Shown: piece by piece, positions 37,706 through 46,761 of the stretch | How positions within the stretch are numbered: position 1 is the first letter of the stretch | Layout of the letters: each line of letters begins with the position of its first letter | DNA from: Candidatus Sulfotelmatobacter sp. | GTDB lineage: Bacteria > Acidobacteriota > Terriglobia > Terriglobales > Acidobacteriaceae | Assembly (NCBI GenBank): GCA_036514015.1 | Contig: DATBYA010000115.1 | Coordinates: forward strand, 24,113-88,112 | Direction: 5' to 3' | DNA length: 64,000 nucleotides | The notes under the pieces: generated by a model | Told to the model about the DNA's origin: nothing | The model's database searches: none | The model's input: the letters and a program-made list of their open reading frames with translations, nothing else | Made by a program: the position numbers and the translations under genes

Positions 37706-38623
37706 CTAGACGGTCTTGTTCGCCTGACGCAGTTTCCATACGATCTGCCGCACCATGCCGAGCAGGAGCTTGGCATCGTAGGCTTCGAGGTGGAAGCGCA
37801 AGATCAGGCGGCGGGCTTTTTTCTCGAACATGGCTTCCGTTCCCGGCTTCACGTAGCCGCTGATCCGCAGCGCCTCCAGCAAGCCTTCGGTGATTTGCTC
37901 GGCCGCGCCCGCGGTCGCCGGCATCCGATCCTCCGTGGCTTGCGGGGACGGCGCGGTCCTCTCCAGTTCCGTCCTCCCCAGCTCCGTCTTCCCCAGCGTG
38001 GTCCGCGCCAGTTCGTAAAGACACACAGCGACCGCCTGCCCCAAATTCATGGAGATGTTTTGCTGCGCCGTGGGGATATTCAGCAGCCAGTGACAATGGC
38101 TGAAGTCGCGGTTGGTGAGCCCGATTTTCTCCGAGCCGAACAAGAGCGCAACCCGTTCCGTCTGCAGTCGCAAGCGAATCGTTGTACCGGCACCTTCGTC
38201 AAGCCGCTCCACCGGCTGCTGCAAAACCCGATTGCGCACCGCGGTAGTCCCCACCACGAGTGCACAGTCAGCAACCGCCTCGGCAACGGTCTTATATTCG
38301 TCTGCCTGATCGAGCAAGTCAGAGGCGCCGACCGCGGAGCGCGCCTCGCGAAACCCGGGCGCGTATGGATTCACCAGGCGCAGCCGGCGAGTCCCGAAAT
38401 TGCTCATGGCACGAGCCGCAGCCCCGATATTCAGAGGATTACGCGGGCGCACGAGCACGACCACGAGACCACCGAGTTCCGATTGGACAGGCAAGAGATC
38501 GATTTTACGACAGGTTGAGTCGCAGAATTGTTTCGGAGGAAGCAGCAGCCCATAGCGCTCCGAATCCCAATGGGCAGCACTCGATTTGTGCAAGTCGGCT
38601 TCCGCAGTGTCTTTTAACACCAA
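37706..38623 (-). CDS. SpoU/TrmH-class RNA 2'-O-methyltransferase (TrmJ-like)
   Basis: VVVLVRPRNPLNIGAAARAMSNFG, VALLFGSEKIGLTN, LLNIPTAQQNISMNLGQAVAVCLYEL. The track start is TTG with a ~50-aa N-terminal extension, so the true start is uncertain. Confidence 0.75.
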   Translation of the reverse strand: MVLKDTAEADLHKSSAAHWDSERYGLLLPPKQFCDSTCRKIDLLPVQSELGGLVVVLVRPRNPLNIGAAARAMSNFGTRRLRLVNPYAPGFREARSAVGASDLLDQADEYKTVAEAVADCALVVGTTAVRNRVLQQPVERLDEGAGTTIRLRLQTERVALLFGSEKIGLTNRDFSHCHWLLNIPTAQQNISMNLGQAVAVCLYELARTTLGKTELGRTELERTAPSPQATEDRMPATAGAAEQITEGLLEALRISGYVKPGTEAMFEKKARRLILRFHLEAYDAKLLLGMVRQIVWKLRQANKTV

Positions 38624-38683
38624 GTTGTAATTGTAAAAAAAATGTCAAAAGCGGCCATGGTAGGCCTACTTTGTCGTCAAACC

Positions 38684-38709
38684 GTTGTAAGCTTCAGTTG
38701 TAAGCTTCA
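38684..38709 (+). repeat. Perfect tandem 13-bp direct repeat upstream of the OmpR-family regulator gene
   Basis: GTTGTAAGCTTCA occurs twice (38684..38696 and 38697..38709). Related GTTGTAA / TTGTAAA half-sites lie at 38624..38637. Confidence 0.5.
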
Positions 38710-38778
38710 AAGGTCGATCCAGTTCCGGTGATCTCGTTTGCGACCGGAAAGCTCCCTGGCACACAGGACAAATTATTT

Positions 38779-39522
38779 ATGGGGAACCTCGCCACACCGC
38801 TTAGCAACGCGAGAGCGGTAGATCCGCCCACCGCGCCAAAACCTGTCGGCCGCATCCTCGTCGTGGAAGACGACCCAGCGGTTCAGAAAGCCCTTCGTCG
38901 GCTGTTCGAGACTGAGGGCTATGCTGTGGAAACTCAGGCCGATGGCAAATCTGCGCTGGACAGCTTCCAATCTTCAGCGCCCGCGGCAATTGTCCTCGAC
39001 CTGCGCTTGCCGAAGGTTTCCGGCCGCGACGTGTGCAAAGAGATCAAGGCGCTGGCTCCGACGCTACCGATCGTCGTGCTGAGCGCGGCCAGCGATGTCG
39101 CCGACAAAGTCTTGCTGCTCGAGTTGGGCGCCGATGATTATGTGACCAAACCGTTCAGTCCTCGGGAACTGCTGGCACGCGTCCGTGCCGCACTCCGCCA
39201 CACCGCGCGCACGCCTGATGTGCAACTCGTCAGCTTTGACGGCATCTCCGCCGACTTCAAGAAAATGGAGGTCAAGCGCGACGGCGCCGTCGTAGTTTTG
39301 ACCGCCCAGGAATTCAAGACGTTCCAGTTTCTGGTGCAGAATGCCGATCGAGTGATCAGCCGCGACGAACTGCTCAACGAAGTTTGGGGATATCAGAACT
39401 ATCCTTCCACCCGCACCGTGGATAATCACATCCTCAAACTCCGCCAGAAGTTGGAGAAAGACCCGTCGAGCCCGGTACATTTCCGCACCGTACATGGCAT
39501 GGGATATAAGTTCGTTCGCTGA
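38779..39522 (+). CDS. OmpR-family response regulator
   Basis: REC: RILVVEDDPAVQKAL...IVLDLRLPKVSG...YVTKPF. Winged helix: LTAQEFKTFQFLVQNADRVISRDELLNEVWG...VDNHILKLRQKLE...TVHGMGYKF. ATG 38779 is preferred over the track GTG 38728. Confidence 0.9.
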   Translation: MGNLATPLSNARAVDPPTAPKPVGRILVVEDDPAVQKALRRLFETEGYAVETQADGKSALDSFQSSAPAAIVLDLRLPKVSGRDVCKEIKALAPTLPIVVLSAASDVADKVLLLELGADDYVTKPFSPRELLARVRAALRHTARTPDVQLVSFDGISADFKKMEVKRDGAVVVLTAQEFKTFQFLVQNADRVISRDELLNEVWGYQNYPSTRTVDNHILKLRQKLEKDPSSPVHFRTVHGMGYKFVR

Positions 39523-39527
39523 TTCTC

Positions 39528-41417
39528 GTGAACCCGTCTCCCGAGCCCGCGCCGCATTCTCTGACTGAGTCTGGCGGCAGACGTCTTCTGCGCCTGCGTC
39601 TGCGCACCCGTTTTCTGCTCTCCATGTTGCTGATCACGGCCAGCCTCACCACCACCAGCCTGCTCCTGGTGCAGCGCAGCATTCGCAGCAATGTCCGTCA
39701 GAGCATTGCGGTCAATCTGCGGAATTCCGTGGCCGCCTTCCAGGATTTCCGGCATGAACGCGAAACCATGCTGACCAGCGACGTGGCTCTGCTGGCGGAC
39801 CTTCCCATCACCCGCGCTATCATGACCAGTCCGTCCCCGGCCACGATCCAGGATGCGTCGGAACATATCTGGCAGATCGCGGCCAGCGATCTTTTCCTGC
39901 TGGTCGACCACCGTGGTCGAGTCGTCGCGCTGAATACGAAATCTTCCGGCCTCACCCCCGAGGCCGCCGAGAAATATTTCCGGCAAAGTCTCGATGACGA
40001 CCGCGGAGAGTCCAGCCACTGGTGGCTGGGAGATCATCACCTCTATCAGACCTTCGTGGAACCCATCTATCGCGGCACTCGAACCGACGGAACTTTGCTG
40101 GGCTTCCTCGTAATTGGGTACGAGATTAACCATCGTCTGGCTCAGGAAGTCAGCAAGGTAGCCGGTAGTGAAGTGGCGTTTTCCTGCGGAAACGAAATCG
40201 TCGCCACCACCTTACCGCCCGCACAGCTAAAAGGCGGCAGCATTCAGGATCTGATCGCCGGCTCGGCCCATGACGATCCCCGCGAGATCGAGATCGGCAG
40301 CGAACGCTTCCTGGCCACTTCCTTGGTGTTATCGGGTTCTCAACCCACGCCGGTCCGCTTGAGCGTGTTGGGCTCCTACGATCAGGCTACGAAGTTCGTC
40401 AATCAGCTGAATCGTTATCTCCTTCTGCTGGGCCTGGCTGCCATCCTAGTGGGCAGTGGGTTAGTGTTCCTTATCTCGCACACCTTCACCCGGCCGCTGG
40501 GCAGCCTGGTGGCCGGCGTACGCGCCCTGGAAGGCGGAGACTTCCATCATCCCCTCGATCCCCGCGGCGGAGACGAAGTCGCCGAACTAACCCGCGCTTT
40601 CGAGCGCATGCGCACCAGCCTGCTAAAAAGCCAGCGCGACCTGCTGGAGTCTGAGCAACTTGCCACCATCGGACGCATGGCCAGCTCAATTTCTCACGAT
40701 CTGCGCCACTCCCTTGCCGCCATCGTGGCCAATTCCGAATTCCTTTGCGACAGCCACCTCACTCCCGCGCAACGCGAGGAGCTTTATCAGGAAGTTCGCT
40801 CCGGCGTGAATCTGATGACCGACCTCATCGATTCCCTGCTCGAATTCGCCCGCACCCGCGAATCGCTCAACCCCGCATACGCGAATGTCGCAGAAACCAT
40901 TCACCGCTCGGTTCAGGCAGTCCGCCTGCACCCGCGGCATCACGTCCGGTCCATCAACGTGGTGTGCGGCGCGCAGGTTTCCGGATGGTTTGACCAACGC
41001 AAGCTGGAACGTGCTCTATATAACCTGCTCTTGAATGCTTGCGAAGCCGCTCCTGCGGTCGGAGGCGAGGTTGCGGTCACGGCCTTTGAAACCGCCGGTT
41101 TCATCACGATTTCGGTCGCCGACAACGGCCCCGGGATCGCCGAATCGATCCGCGACCGGCTGTTCCATCCCTTCGTCAGCTATGGCAAAGAGAATGGAAC
41201 TGGATTGGGGCTGGCGGCCGTGCAGAAGATCGTGCAAGATCATGGCGGTGAAATCATCATGGAACGTACACTGCAAAACACAACGGTCTTCCGGATCGTG
41301 CTGCCGGGGCATCAAGACGCCTACGGCGGCGCCCGTCAGCCCACCGCCGATGAGCCTTCTCTTGTCCCCGCACGCCGGGATGATGCCCAGAATTCGATCA
41401 CGCATCCGGGTTCGTAG
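39528..41417 (+). CDS. Sensor histidine kinase (periplasmic sensor, HAMP, HisKA, HATPase_c)
   Basis: Two TM helices flank a ~260-aa extracytoplasmic domain. HAMP: TRPLGSLVAGVRALEGGDF...VAELTRAFERM. H-box SSISHDLRHSL. N and G boxes LYNLLLNACEA, DNGPGI, GTGLGLA. Confidence 0.9.
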   Translation: MNPSPEPAPHSLTESGGRRLLRLRLRTRFLLSMLLITASLTTTSLLLVQRSIRSNVRQSIAVNLRNSVAAFQDFRHERETMLTSDVALLADLPITRAIMTSPSPATIQDASEHIWQIAASDLFLLVDHRGRVVALNTKSSGLTPEAAEKYFRQSLDDDRGESSHWWLGDHHLYQTFVEPIYRGTRTDGTLLGFLVIGYEINHRLAQEVSKVAGSEVAFSCGNEIVATTLPPAQLKGGSIQDLIAGSAHDDPREIEIGSERFLATSLVLSGSQPTPVRLSVLGSYDQATKFVNQLNRYLLLLGLAAILVGSGLVFLISHTFTRPLGSLVAGVRALEGGDFHHPLDPRGGDEVAELTRAFERMRTSLLKSQRDLLESEQLATIGRMASSISHDLRHSLAAIVANSEFLCDSHLTPAQREELYQEVRSGVNLMTDLIDSLLEFARTRESLNPAYANVAETIHRSVQAVRLHPRHHVRSINVVCGAQVSGWFDQRKLERALYNLLLNACEAAPAVGGEVAVTAFETAGFITISVADNGPGIAESIRDRLFHPFVSYGKENGTGLGLAAVQKIVQDHGGEIIMERTLQNTTVFRIVLPGHQDAYGGARQPTADEPSLVPARRDDAQNSITHPGS

Positions 41418-41481
41418 GCAGAGTCCGTCTCTTCGCCAAGTACCGACCTGGAAAGCGTGGAGGAAAGCGTAGGAGGACGGT

Positions 41482-43092
41482 GTGAAAAGTCTGAGGACTT
41501 CTGCGGTTCGCGGGGCCGCGCTGGCGGTTGCCGCTTTCGTTTTGCTGAACACCATCGGTGTTGCCCAGGATCAGCCTGCCACTGCCGCCACGTCGCCGGG
41601 GGAGAGCGCAAGCGCGGTGCGTGACCTCGCAGATCAGGTCCGTCAACTTCGAAGTCTGGTGGACGAGATGCGCGCCGAGAATGCCGAATCCCGCGCTGAG
41701 ATGCACCGGTTGCGTCAGGATCTGGAAGCTACGCGCGCGCTGCTGGAAGGGCCTGCAATGGCCCCGAGCGGCGAGCCCGGGGCAGCGGAGGCCCAATCCG
41801 CTTCCCTGGAAAACCGACCCCCTGCCGCATCGAGCGCATCCACTTCCCAAAGTTCAACCCCACTCGCGGAGCGGATTCAGAAGCTGGAAGAATCCACTTC
41901 GCTTATCGGATCGAAGATCGATGAGCAATATCAAACCAAAGTTGAAACCGCTTCCAAATATCGAGCCCGGCTGCACGGCATCGTCCTGATGAACGCCTTC
42001 CGTAATGTTGGCGGCTCCGACAATCTGGACTTCCCCAGCTATTCCGAGCCGGTTCCGGCGGGCACGCCTCTGGCCTCTGTCGGTGCGACCCTGCGCCAGT
42101 CCGAAATCGGCGTCGAAATCTTCGGACCCAACGTGGCCGGGGCGCACACATCCGCCGACGTTCAGCTCGACTTCGCCGGAGGATTCCCCGCAACCGGCAA
42201 CGGCGTTGACTTCGGAATCGTGCGCCTGCAGACTGCCAATTTGCGATTCGATTGGGAACACACTTCGGTGGTCGCTGGCCAGGATTCCTTGTTCATCTCG
42301 CCTCTCTCGCCGACTTCCTTCGCATCGCTGGCCACACCGGCTTTTGCTTTTGCGGGAAACCTCTGGGGTTGGACGCCGCAACTTCGAGTCGAGCACCGCT
42401 TCTCGGTCTCCGACCAGCAGACTGTAATCGTCCAGGCGGGAATTCTCGACAATCTCGACTGGGAATTTCCCTCCAATTCGTTTTACCGTTCGGCGCAAGC
42501 GGGCGAACTGTCGGGACAGCCCGCTTATGCCTTGCGCACGGCATGGTCGCGTCCGCTGCGGGAGCACCCGCTCAGCTTCGGCGTCGCCGGCTACTATGGC
42601 CGTCAGAACTGGACTTGGGATCGTTTCGTCGACGCGTGGGCCGGGATGGCAGATTGGCAGATTCCCATTGTTTCGCGCTTGAATCTCTCGGGTGAGTTTT
42701 ATCGCGGGCGCGGCATTGGCGGACTGGGCGGCGCCATTGGGACATCCATACTGTACGGCGGCAGCCCAAAGCTGCCTTTCACTCCGATCCGGGGTCTCGA
42801 CACCGCCGGAGGATGGACCCAATTGAAATTCCAGATGACTCCGAAGATCGAGTTCAATGGCGTAATCGCGGAAGACGACGCGTTTGCCGGCGATGTGCGC
42901 GGCTTCGCCGTCGATCAGAACAATTTTGGACCAATTCTAGGGCGGAATCGCGGCGCCCTCGGCAACATCGTTTTTCGTCCACGCTCCGACCTCGTATTTT
43001 CCGCGGAACTCAGACGGCTGCGCACTTTTCCCGTCTACAGCAGCAGCAGCATAACCAACCAACTCAATCTATCTTTGGGGATTTTATTTTGA
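41482..43092 (+). CDS. Outer-membrane porin-like protein with N-terminal coiled coil
   Basis: GTG 41482 follows AGGAGGA. Signal peptide ...AAFVLLNTIGVAQ, coiled coil VRDLADQVRQLRSLVDEMRAENAESRAEMHRLRQDLE, beta-strand-rich remainder ending ...NLSLGILF (C-terminal Phe). Confidence 0.6.
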   Translation: MKSLRTSAVRGAALAVAAFVLLNTIGVAQDQPATAATSPGESASAVRDLADQVRQLRSLVDEMRAENAESRAEMHRLRQDLEATRALLEGPAMAPSGEPGAAEAQSASLENRPPAASSASTSQSSTPLAERIQKLEESTSLIGSKIDEQYQTKVETASKYRARLHGIVLMNAFRNVGGSDNLDFPSYSEPVPAGTPLASVGATLRQSEIGVEIFGPNVAGAHTSADVQLDFAGGFPATGNGVDFGIVRLQTANLRFDWEHTSVVAGQDSLFISPLSPTSFASLATPAFAFAGNLWGWTPQLRVEHRFSVSDQQTVIVQAGILDNLDWEFPSNSFYRSAQAGELSGQPAYALRTAWSRPLREHPLSFGVAGYYGRQNWTWDRFVDAWAGMADWQIPIVSRLNLSGEFYRGRGIGGLGGAIGTSILYGGSPKLPFTPIRGLDTAGGWTQLKFQMTPKIEFNGVIAEDDAFAGDVRGFAVDQNNFGPILGRNRGALGNIVFRPRSDLVFSAELRRLRTFPVYSSSSITNQLNLSLGILF

Positions 43093-43826
43093 AAACTTGC
43101 TCCCGCCTCCGCAGATCGTTGTCCGGCCGATGGCCGCTTATCGTCGTGATGGCGGCAGCCGTCGGCGCGCCCGCTCAGCAGGCGGCGCTTAAAGCTCGGG
43201 TGGAGCTGACCAGGAACGGTCATTCCCTGAGCAATGCTGCGAAAGCAGTCCTGTGGTTAACGCCGGTGGGAACCGCCGTCGAGCCACCTCGACAAAAACC
43301 GTCGGAGATCCCGCAACTGGTACAGAAGAACAAAAGCTTTCAGCCTTCGCTTCTGGTGATTCCAGTCGGCGGCAAGGTGGAGTTTCCCAACCGCGATCCG
43401 TTCTTCCACAACGTGTTTTCCCTGTTCGAGGGCAAACGTTTCGATCTTGGGCTTTATGAGAGCGGAAGCACGCGCTTCGTGCAGTTCGACAAACCTGGCA
43501 TCTCTTTCATCTTTTGCAACATTCATGCTGAAATGAGTGCCGTAGTCATCGCCTTGGCGACGCCCTACTACGCCATTTCCGATTCCAGGGGGGAGCTCAG
43601 CATTCCCGACGTTCCGCCGGGCCGCTACCAACTGCAGGTCTTTCACTCTTCGGTGGCTCCGGACGCGCTTCGTGCCATGAACCGCGAGATCACGGTCGCT
43701 CCGGGCGCCACATCGCTGGGAACTTTCACGCTGGCGGAGACGGACCTCACGCTCGCACATAAAAACAAATATGGCCGCGATTATGACCGTCCCGAACCAG
43801 ATAGCCCGGCTTACGCACGACCCTGA
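43089..43826 (+). CDS. Secreted cupredoxin-like protein (amicyanin-type ligand spacing) plus carboxypeptidase-regulatory-like domain
   Basis: TTG 43089 overlaps the preceding stop (TTGA). Signal ...PLIVVMAAAVGAPAQQ. GGKVEFPNRDPFFHNVFS ... FIFCNIHAEM supplies His...Cys-x2-His-x2-Met. The C-terminal GELSIPDVPPGRYQLQVFH is CarboxypepD_reg-like. Confidence 0.5.
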   Translation: MKTCSRLRRSLSGRWPLIVVMAAAVGAPAQQAALKARVELTRNGHSLSNAAKAVLWLTPVGTAVEPPRQKPSEIPQLVQKNKSFQPSLLVIPVGGKVEFPNRDPFFHNVFSLFEGKRFDLGLYESGSTRFVQFDKPGISFIFCNIHAEMSAVVIALATPYYAISDSRGELSIPDVPPGRYQLQVFHSSVAPDALRAMNREITVAPGATSLGTFTLAETDLTLAHKNKYGRDYDRPEPDSPAYARP

Positions 43827-43930
43827 CAGCCCACACTACGAACGGCCGCCTCGACTGTCCTCGATCGGCAACGCCTCAACGCTCGAGAACATACAATGCA
43901 GAAAGCCTAAAACGCTTTCCCAGAACAGAG

Positions 43931-43954
43931 AGGGCGTGCCGATTAGCACGCCCT
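43931..43954. terminator. Hairpin between convergent genes (likely bidirectional terminator)
   Basis: Perfect 9-bp stem AGGGCGTGC (43931..43939) / GCACGCCCT (43946..43954) with a 6-nt loop. The flanks are pyrimidine/T-rich on both strands. Confidence 0.45.
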
Positions 43955-44042
43955 TCCCGCCTCTGTTTCTTCACTTCATTTACAACAACTTTACTTGCGT
44001 TAAGTTGCTGCTTCCCTCAGAGACATGCCGTCTCCAAGCTTT

Positions 44043-46535
44043 TTAGCGATGACCGCCGCCATGTCCTCCGCCACCGGAATGGCCGCCCCCGCCACCCGAG
44101 TGCCCGCCGCCGCTGGAATGTCCTCCAGAGGAGTGGCCGCTGGGCGCTGAATAGTGTCCGCCGCCGCTCGGGGCGCGGCCACCGCTGTACCCAGGTGCGC
44201 CACGGGACCCACCGTAGCTGGGAACTCCGCGAGACCCGCCATAGCTCGGAGCGCCGCGATATCCGCCGTACCCAGGGGCTGCTCCGCGTGAATAGCCGCC
44301 GTATCCGCCAGCAGGCGACCGCGCAATCGGCTGTCGCATATCCAACTGTGGACGGGAGGATGCTCCGCGTCCGTAGCCGCCCGCGCCCGAATACGAACTG
44401 TTGCCCCGCGCTCCCATCGAACTCGAACTCGGCGCGGTCCGATTCCAGTAACTGCCACTGCTGCTGCGGGCCGTTGATGCGTTTGATCCGCTGTTGGCTC
44501 CTCCGGCTCGCGAGGCTTGGCTGCTAGAAGAAGACGGGGGCGGCGTGAAGGCCCGGTATCCGCCGCCGTTGCCAGCGGGAGACTGACTGGTGCCGCGCTG
44601 CGATTCCATATTTCCCGAACCCACGCTCCGCGAACCCATACTGGAAGAGCCCGCGCTTGTACGTTCCGCTGCTGCAGCGCTCGACGAATGAGCGCTGTTG
44701 CTGGGTGGGCTGAACGAACGATTGCCGGCGCTTCGACTCGCGGAATTATTCTCCCGTTCGCCCGCGGTCCCCGCACTTGGCTTCTGCATGGTTCCCGACG
44801 TGGCTCCCGCCGCAGTCGCGCCCCGGAACCCGCTGGATTCTCCAGCGCCAGAGCGCCCACCAGCGGGGATTGCTCCCACGTGGTTCTGTGCCATGGACTG
44901 CCGCAGATTTGCGGTCTGTTGCTGGAACGACGCCGGCCGGGATACGTTGTTGTGCGCCGATCCAAAGAAATGCTGCGAACCACTGTTGCGCATCGTGGAT
45001 GGCGCTGCCGCCCGTCCGCTGGCCGACAAACTGGCGCGAGAAGGAACCACTGGCAGATTGCCCGCCATCATGCGCGCTCCGCCCAACTGAGCGCGGCTGG
45101 CCCCTACGGCCGTCACCCGGCCGGCGCCGAAGTGACCCGCATTCACGGTCGAGAGCCCCCGGCCCACTTCAGCGTTGTGCAGGTTCGCGATATTCGAGAA
45201 TCGCATGCCACCATGCAGCGGCGCGAAACCACCGAAGCGGTTGAAACCCCCGCGGAAACCGACCACGCCGAATCGGCCACCGTATCCACCCCACCACGGA
45301 TGGAACCAGTCGCCAGGCCCAATCGGCAGCCAGCCAAATCCGCCCCACCCGCCAAAACCAAATCCGAAGCCAAAACCGGCGCCCCAGCCGAAGAACGAAA
45401 CGTAGGCAGGCGACCAGAAGGGACGGTAGAATCCGGCGCCATAGATCGGTCCAGGCCACCATGCCCAGGCTCCCCCGTAGGGGAACCAGCGACCGTAGTG
45501 ATACGGCGCCCATCCCCAGGGCTCGTAGCCAACCCAAGTCCAGCCATAATAGGGCTCATAAGTCCAGTTGCCGTCGCGATACGGAACCCATCCCTGGGGT
45601 TCGTTGGGAACCCACACATCTCCGTAATCGGGAACGTTTTGCCAGCGGCCGTAAGCGTCCAGATCCTGCGACCCGGTGTAGTAGCGATTGGTGTGACGCC
45701 AGGAGTTCGCGTTGCGGATCAAGTGATCGCGGTCGCTATTCCAGCGATCCCAATCGTCGCGGTCCGGAGCCGGGGAAATCTTGTACTGAGCCGACTCGGA
45801 GTCACCGCGGATTGTGGCCATGTCTCCGGCGTTGACTTCGGTGCTACCTTGCGGCGTGGCAATCTGCGCTTCGCCTTGGCGCACAATCACGACGGTGTCT
45901 CCATCGGGCCGCACTTCCACGCGAAACACACCATCGTGATGAGCGGGATGGATGGACACGTTCGGGGTATCGATCTCGGGTTCGGCCTCACTGTCCTTGG
46001 ACACGCTGAAGGTGGCCATGCCCTCGGCCAACTGAATTTGAATATTTCTTTTTGTGAGGTTCGCAAGGTTGGCCTTGGAGTTCGGGCCGAGGCGAAGAAT
46101 GTTGGCAAAGTCGAGTTGCAGTTCCGTGCGCGAGTTGTCGCCCGTGGAAACCTTGTCGCCGGTCATGGCCGGTTGATTCAACGTAGCCGCAGACCAGTCG
46201 CCGGAATCACCCCGCTGCGTGGATACGTCGCCGTGAATCAGGCTGATCCGCGCCACGCCCTGGTCCGTCTGCGCTGGAGCTTCGCCCGACGGTCCGCCGG
46301 GCTGCGCTTCGGTGGGCTGAGCGTCGCCGGGTTGTGCTTCGCTGGGTTGACCGTTGCCCGGTTGGGTATAGCCAGGTTGCGCACCCGGGGGTGCCTGGCC
46401 CATCTCCATCGGCGCACTGGGCTGATCCGAGGGCGCGGGACCTTCGTCGGTGGTTTGCGCCAGGGCGCTCATCGACAACGCGCTCGACAGCGCTAATGTC
46501 AAAACCGCCAAATTTGTCGTCCATGCGTTTTTCAT
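44043..46535 (-). CDS. Secreted FecR-like protein with a Trp/Tyr-rich module and a long low-complexity Gly/Ser/Arg/Tyr/His tail
   Basis: Signal MKNAWTTNLAVLTLALSSALSMSALAQ. FecR-type region VARISLIHGDVSTQRGDSGDWSAATLNQPAMTGDKVSTGDNSRTELQL. W-rich block YGRWQNVPDYGDVWVPNEPQGWVPYRDGNWTYEPYYGWTWVGYEPWGWAPYHYGRWF. Tail ...SYGGSRGVPSYGGSRGAPGYSGG...GHSGGGGGHSGGGGHGGGHR. Confidence 0.7.
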   Translation of the reverse strand: MKNAWTTNLAVLTLALSSALSMSALAQTTDEGPAPSDQPSAPMEMGQAPPGAQPGYTQPGNGQPSEAQPGDAQPTEAQPGGPSGEAPAQTDQGVARISLIHGDVSTQRGDSGDWSAATLNQPAMTGDKVSTGDNSRTELQLDFANILRLGPNSKANLANLTKRNIQIQLAEGMATFSVSKDSEAEPEIDTPNVSIHPAHHDGVFRVEVRPDGDTVVIVRQGEAQIATPQGSTEVNAGDMATIRGDSESAQYKISPAPDRDDWDRWNSDRDHLIRNANSWRHTNRYYTGSQDLDAYGRWQNVPDYGDVWVPNEPQGWVPYRDGNWTYEPYYGWTWVGYEPWGWAPYHYGRWFPYGGAWAWWPGPIYGAGFYRPFWSPAYVSFFGWGAGFGFGFGFGGWGGFGWLPIGPGDWFHPWWGGYGGRFGVVGFRGGFNRFGGFAPLHGGMRFSNIANLHNAEVGRGLSTVNAGHFGAGRVTAVGASRAQLGGARMMAGNLPVVPSRASLSASGRAAAPSTMRNSGSQHFFGSAHNNVSRPASFQQQTANLRQSMAQNHVGAIPAGGRSGAGESSGFRGATAAGATSGTMQKPSAGTAGERENNSASRSAGNRSFSPPSNSAHSSSAAAAERTSAGSSSMGSRSVGSGNMESQRGTSQSPAGNGGGYRAFTPPPSSSSSQASRAGGANSGSNASTARSSSGSYWNRTAPSSSSMGARGNSSYSGAGGYGRGASSRPQLDMRQPIARSPAGGYGGYSRGAAPGYGGYRGAPSYGGSRGVPSYGGSRGAPGYSGGRAPSGGGHYSAPSGHSSGGHSSGGGHSGGGGGHSGGGGHGGGHR

Positions 46536-46761
46536 AATCCACCCTTACAACGTTGCTTCTCAGCCCGAAGCTATCGCCCGGTAACGGAGAGGCAACTGCC
46601 ATGCCAAACAGGGTGGGATGCGCTTCTTACAACTCGTTTGTTTTCAGTGAATCAGGAAGTGCGTTCAGCCGGAGTCACGACAGAATATCGTTCCTTTGGC
46701 CGACCTCAGCCAAGGGTGGTGGTTTTCGGCCACTTCTAACTCAAGACCCAGGCGCGCCGAA

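Noticed and set aside
44517-46496. 659-aa plus-strand ORF, together with the 327-aa minus-strand ORF 44000..44983.
   Set aside because: They are antisense to, or in an alternative frame of, the FecR-like gene. The repetitive Gly/Ser/Arg-coding tail keeps them open, and their composition (Arg/Pro/Ala) is not protein-like.
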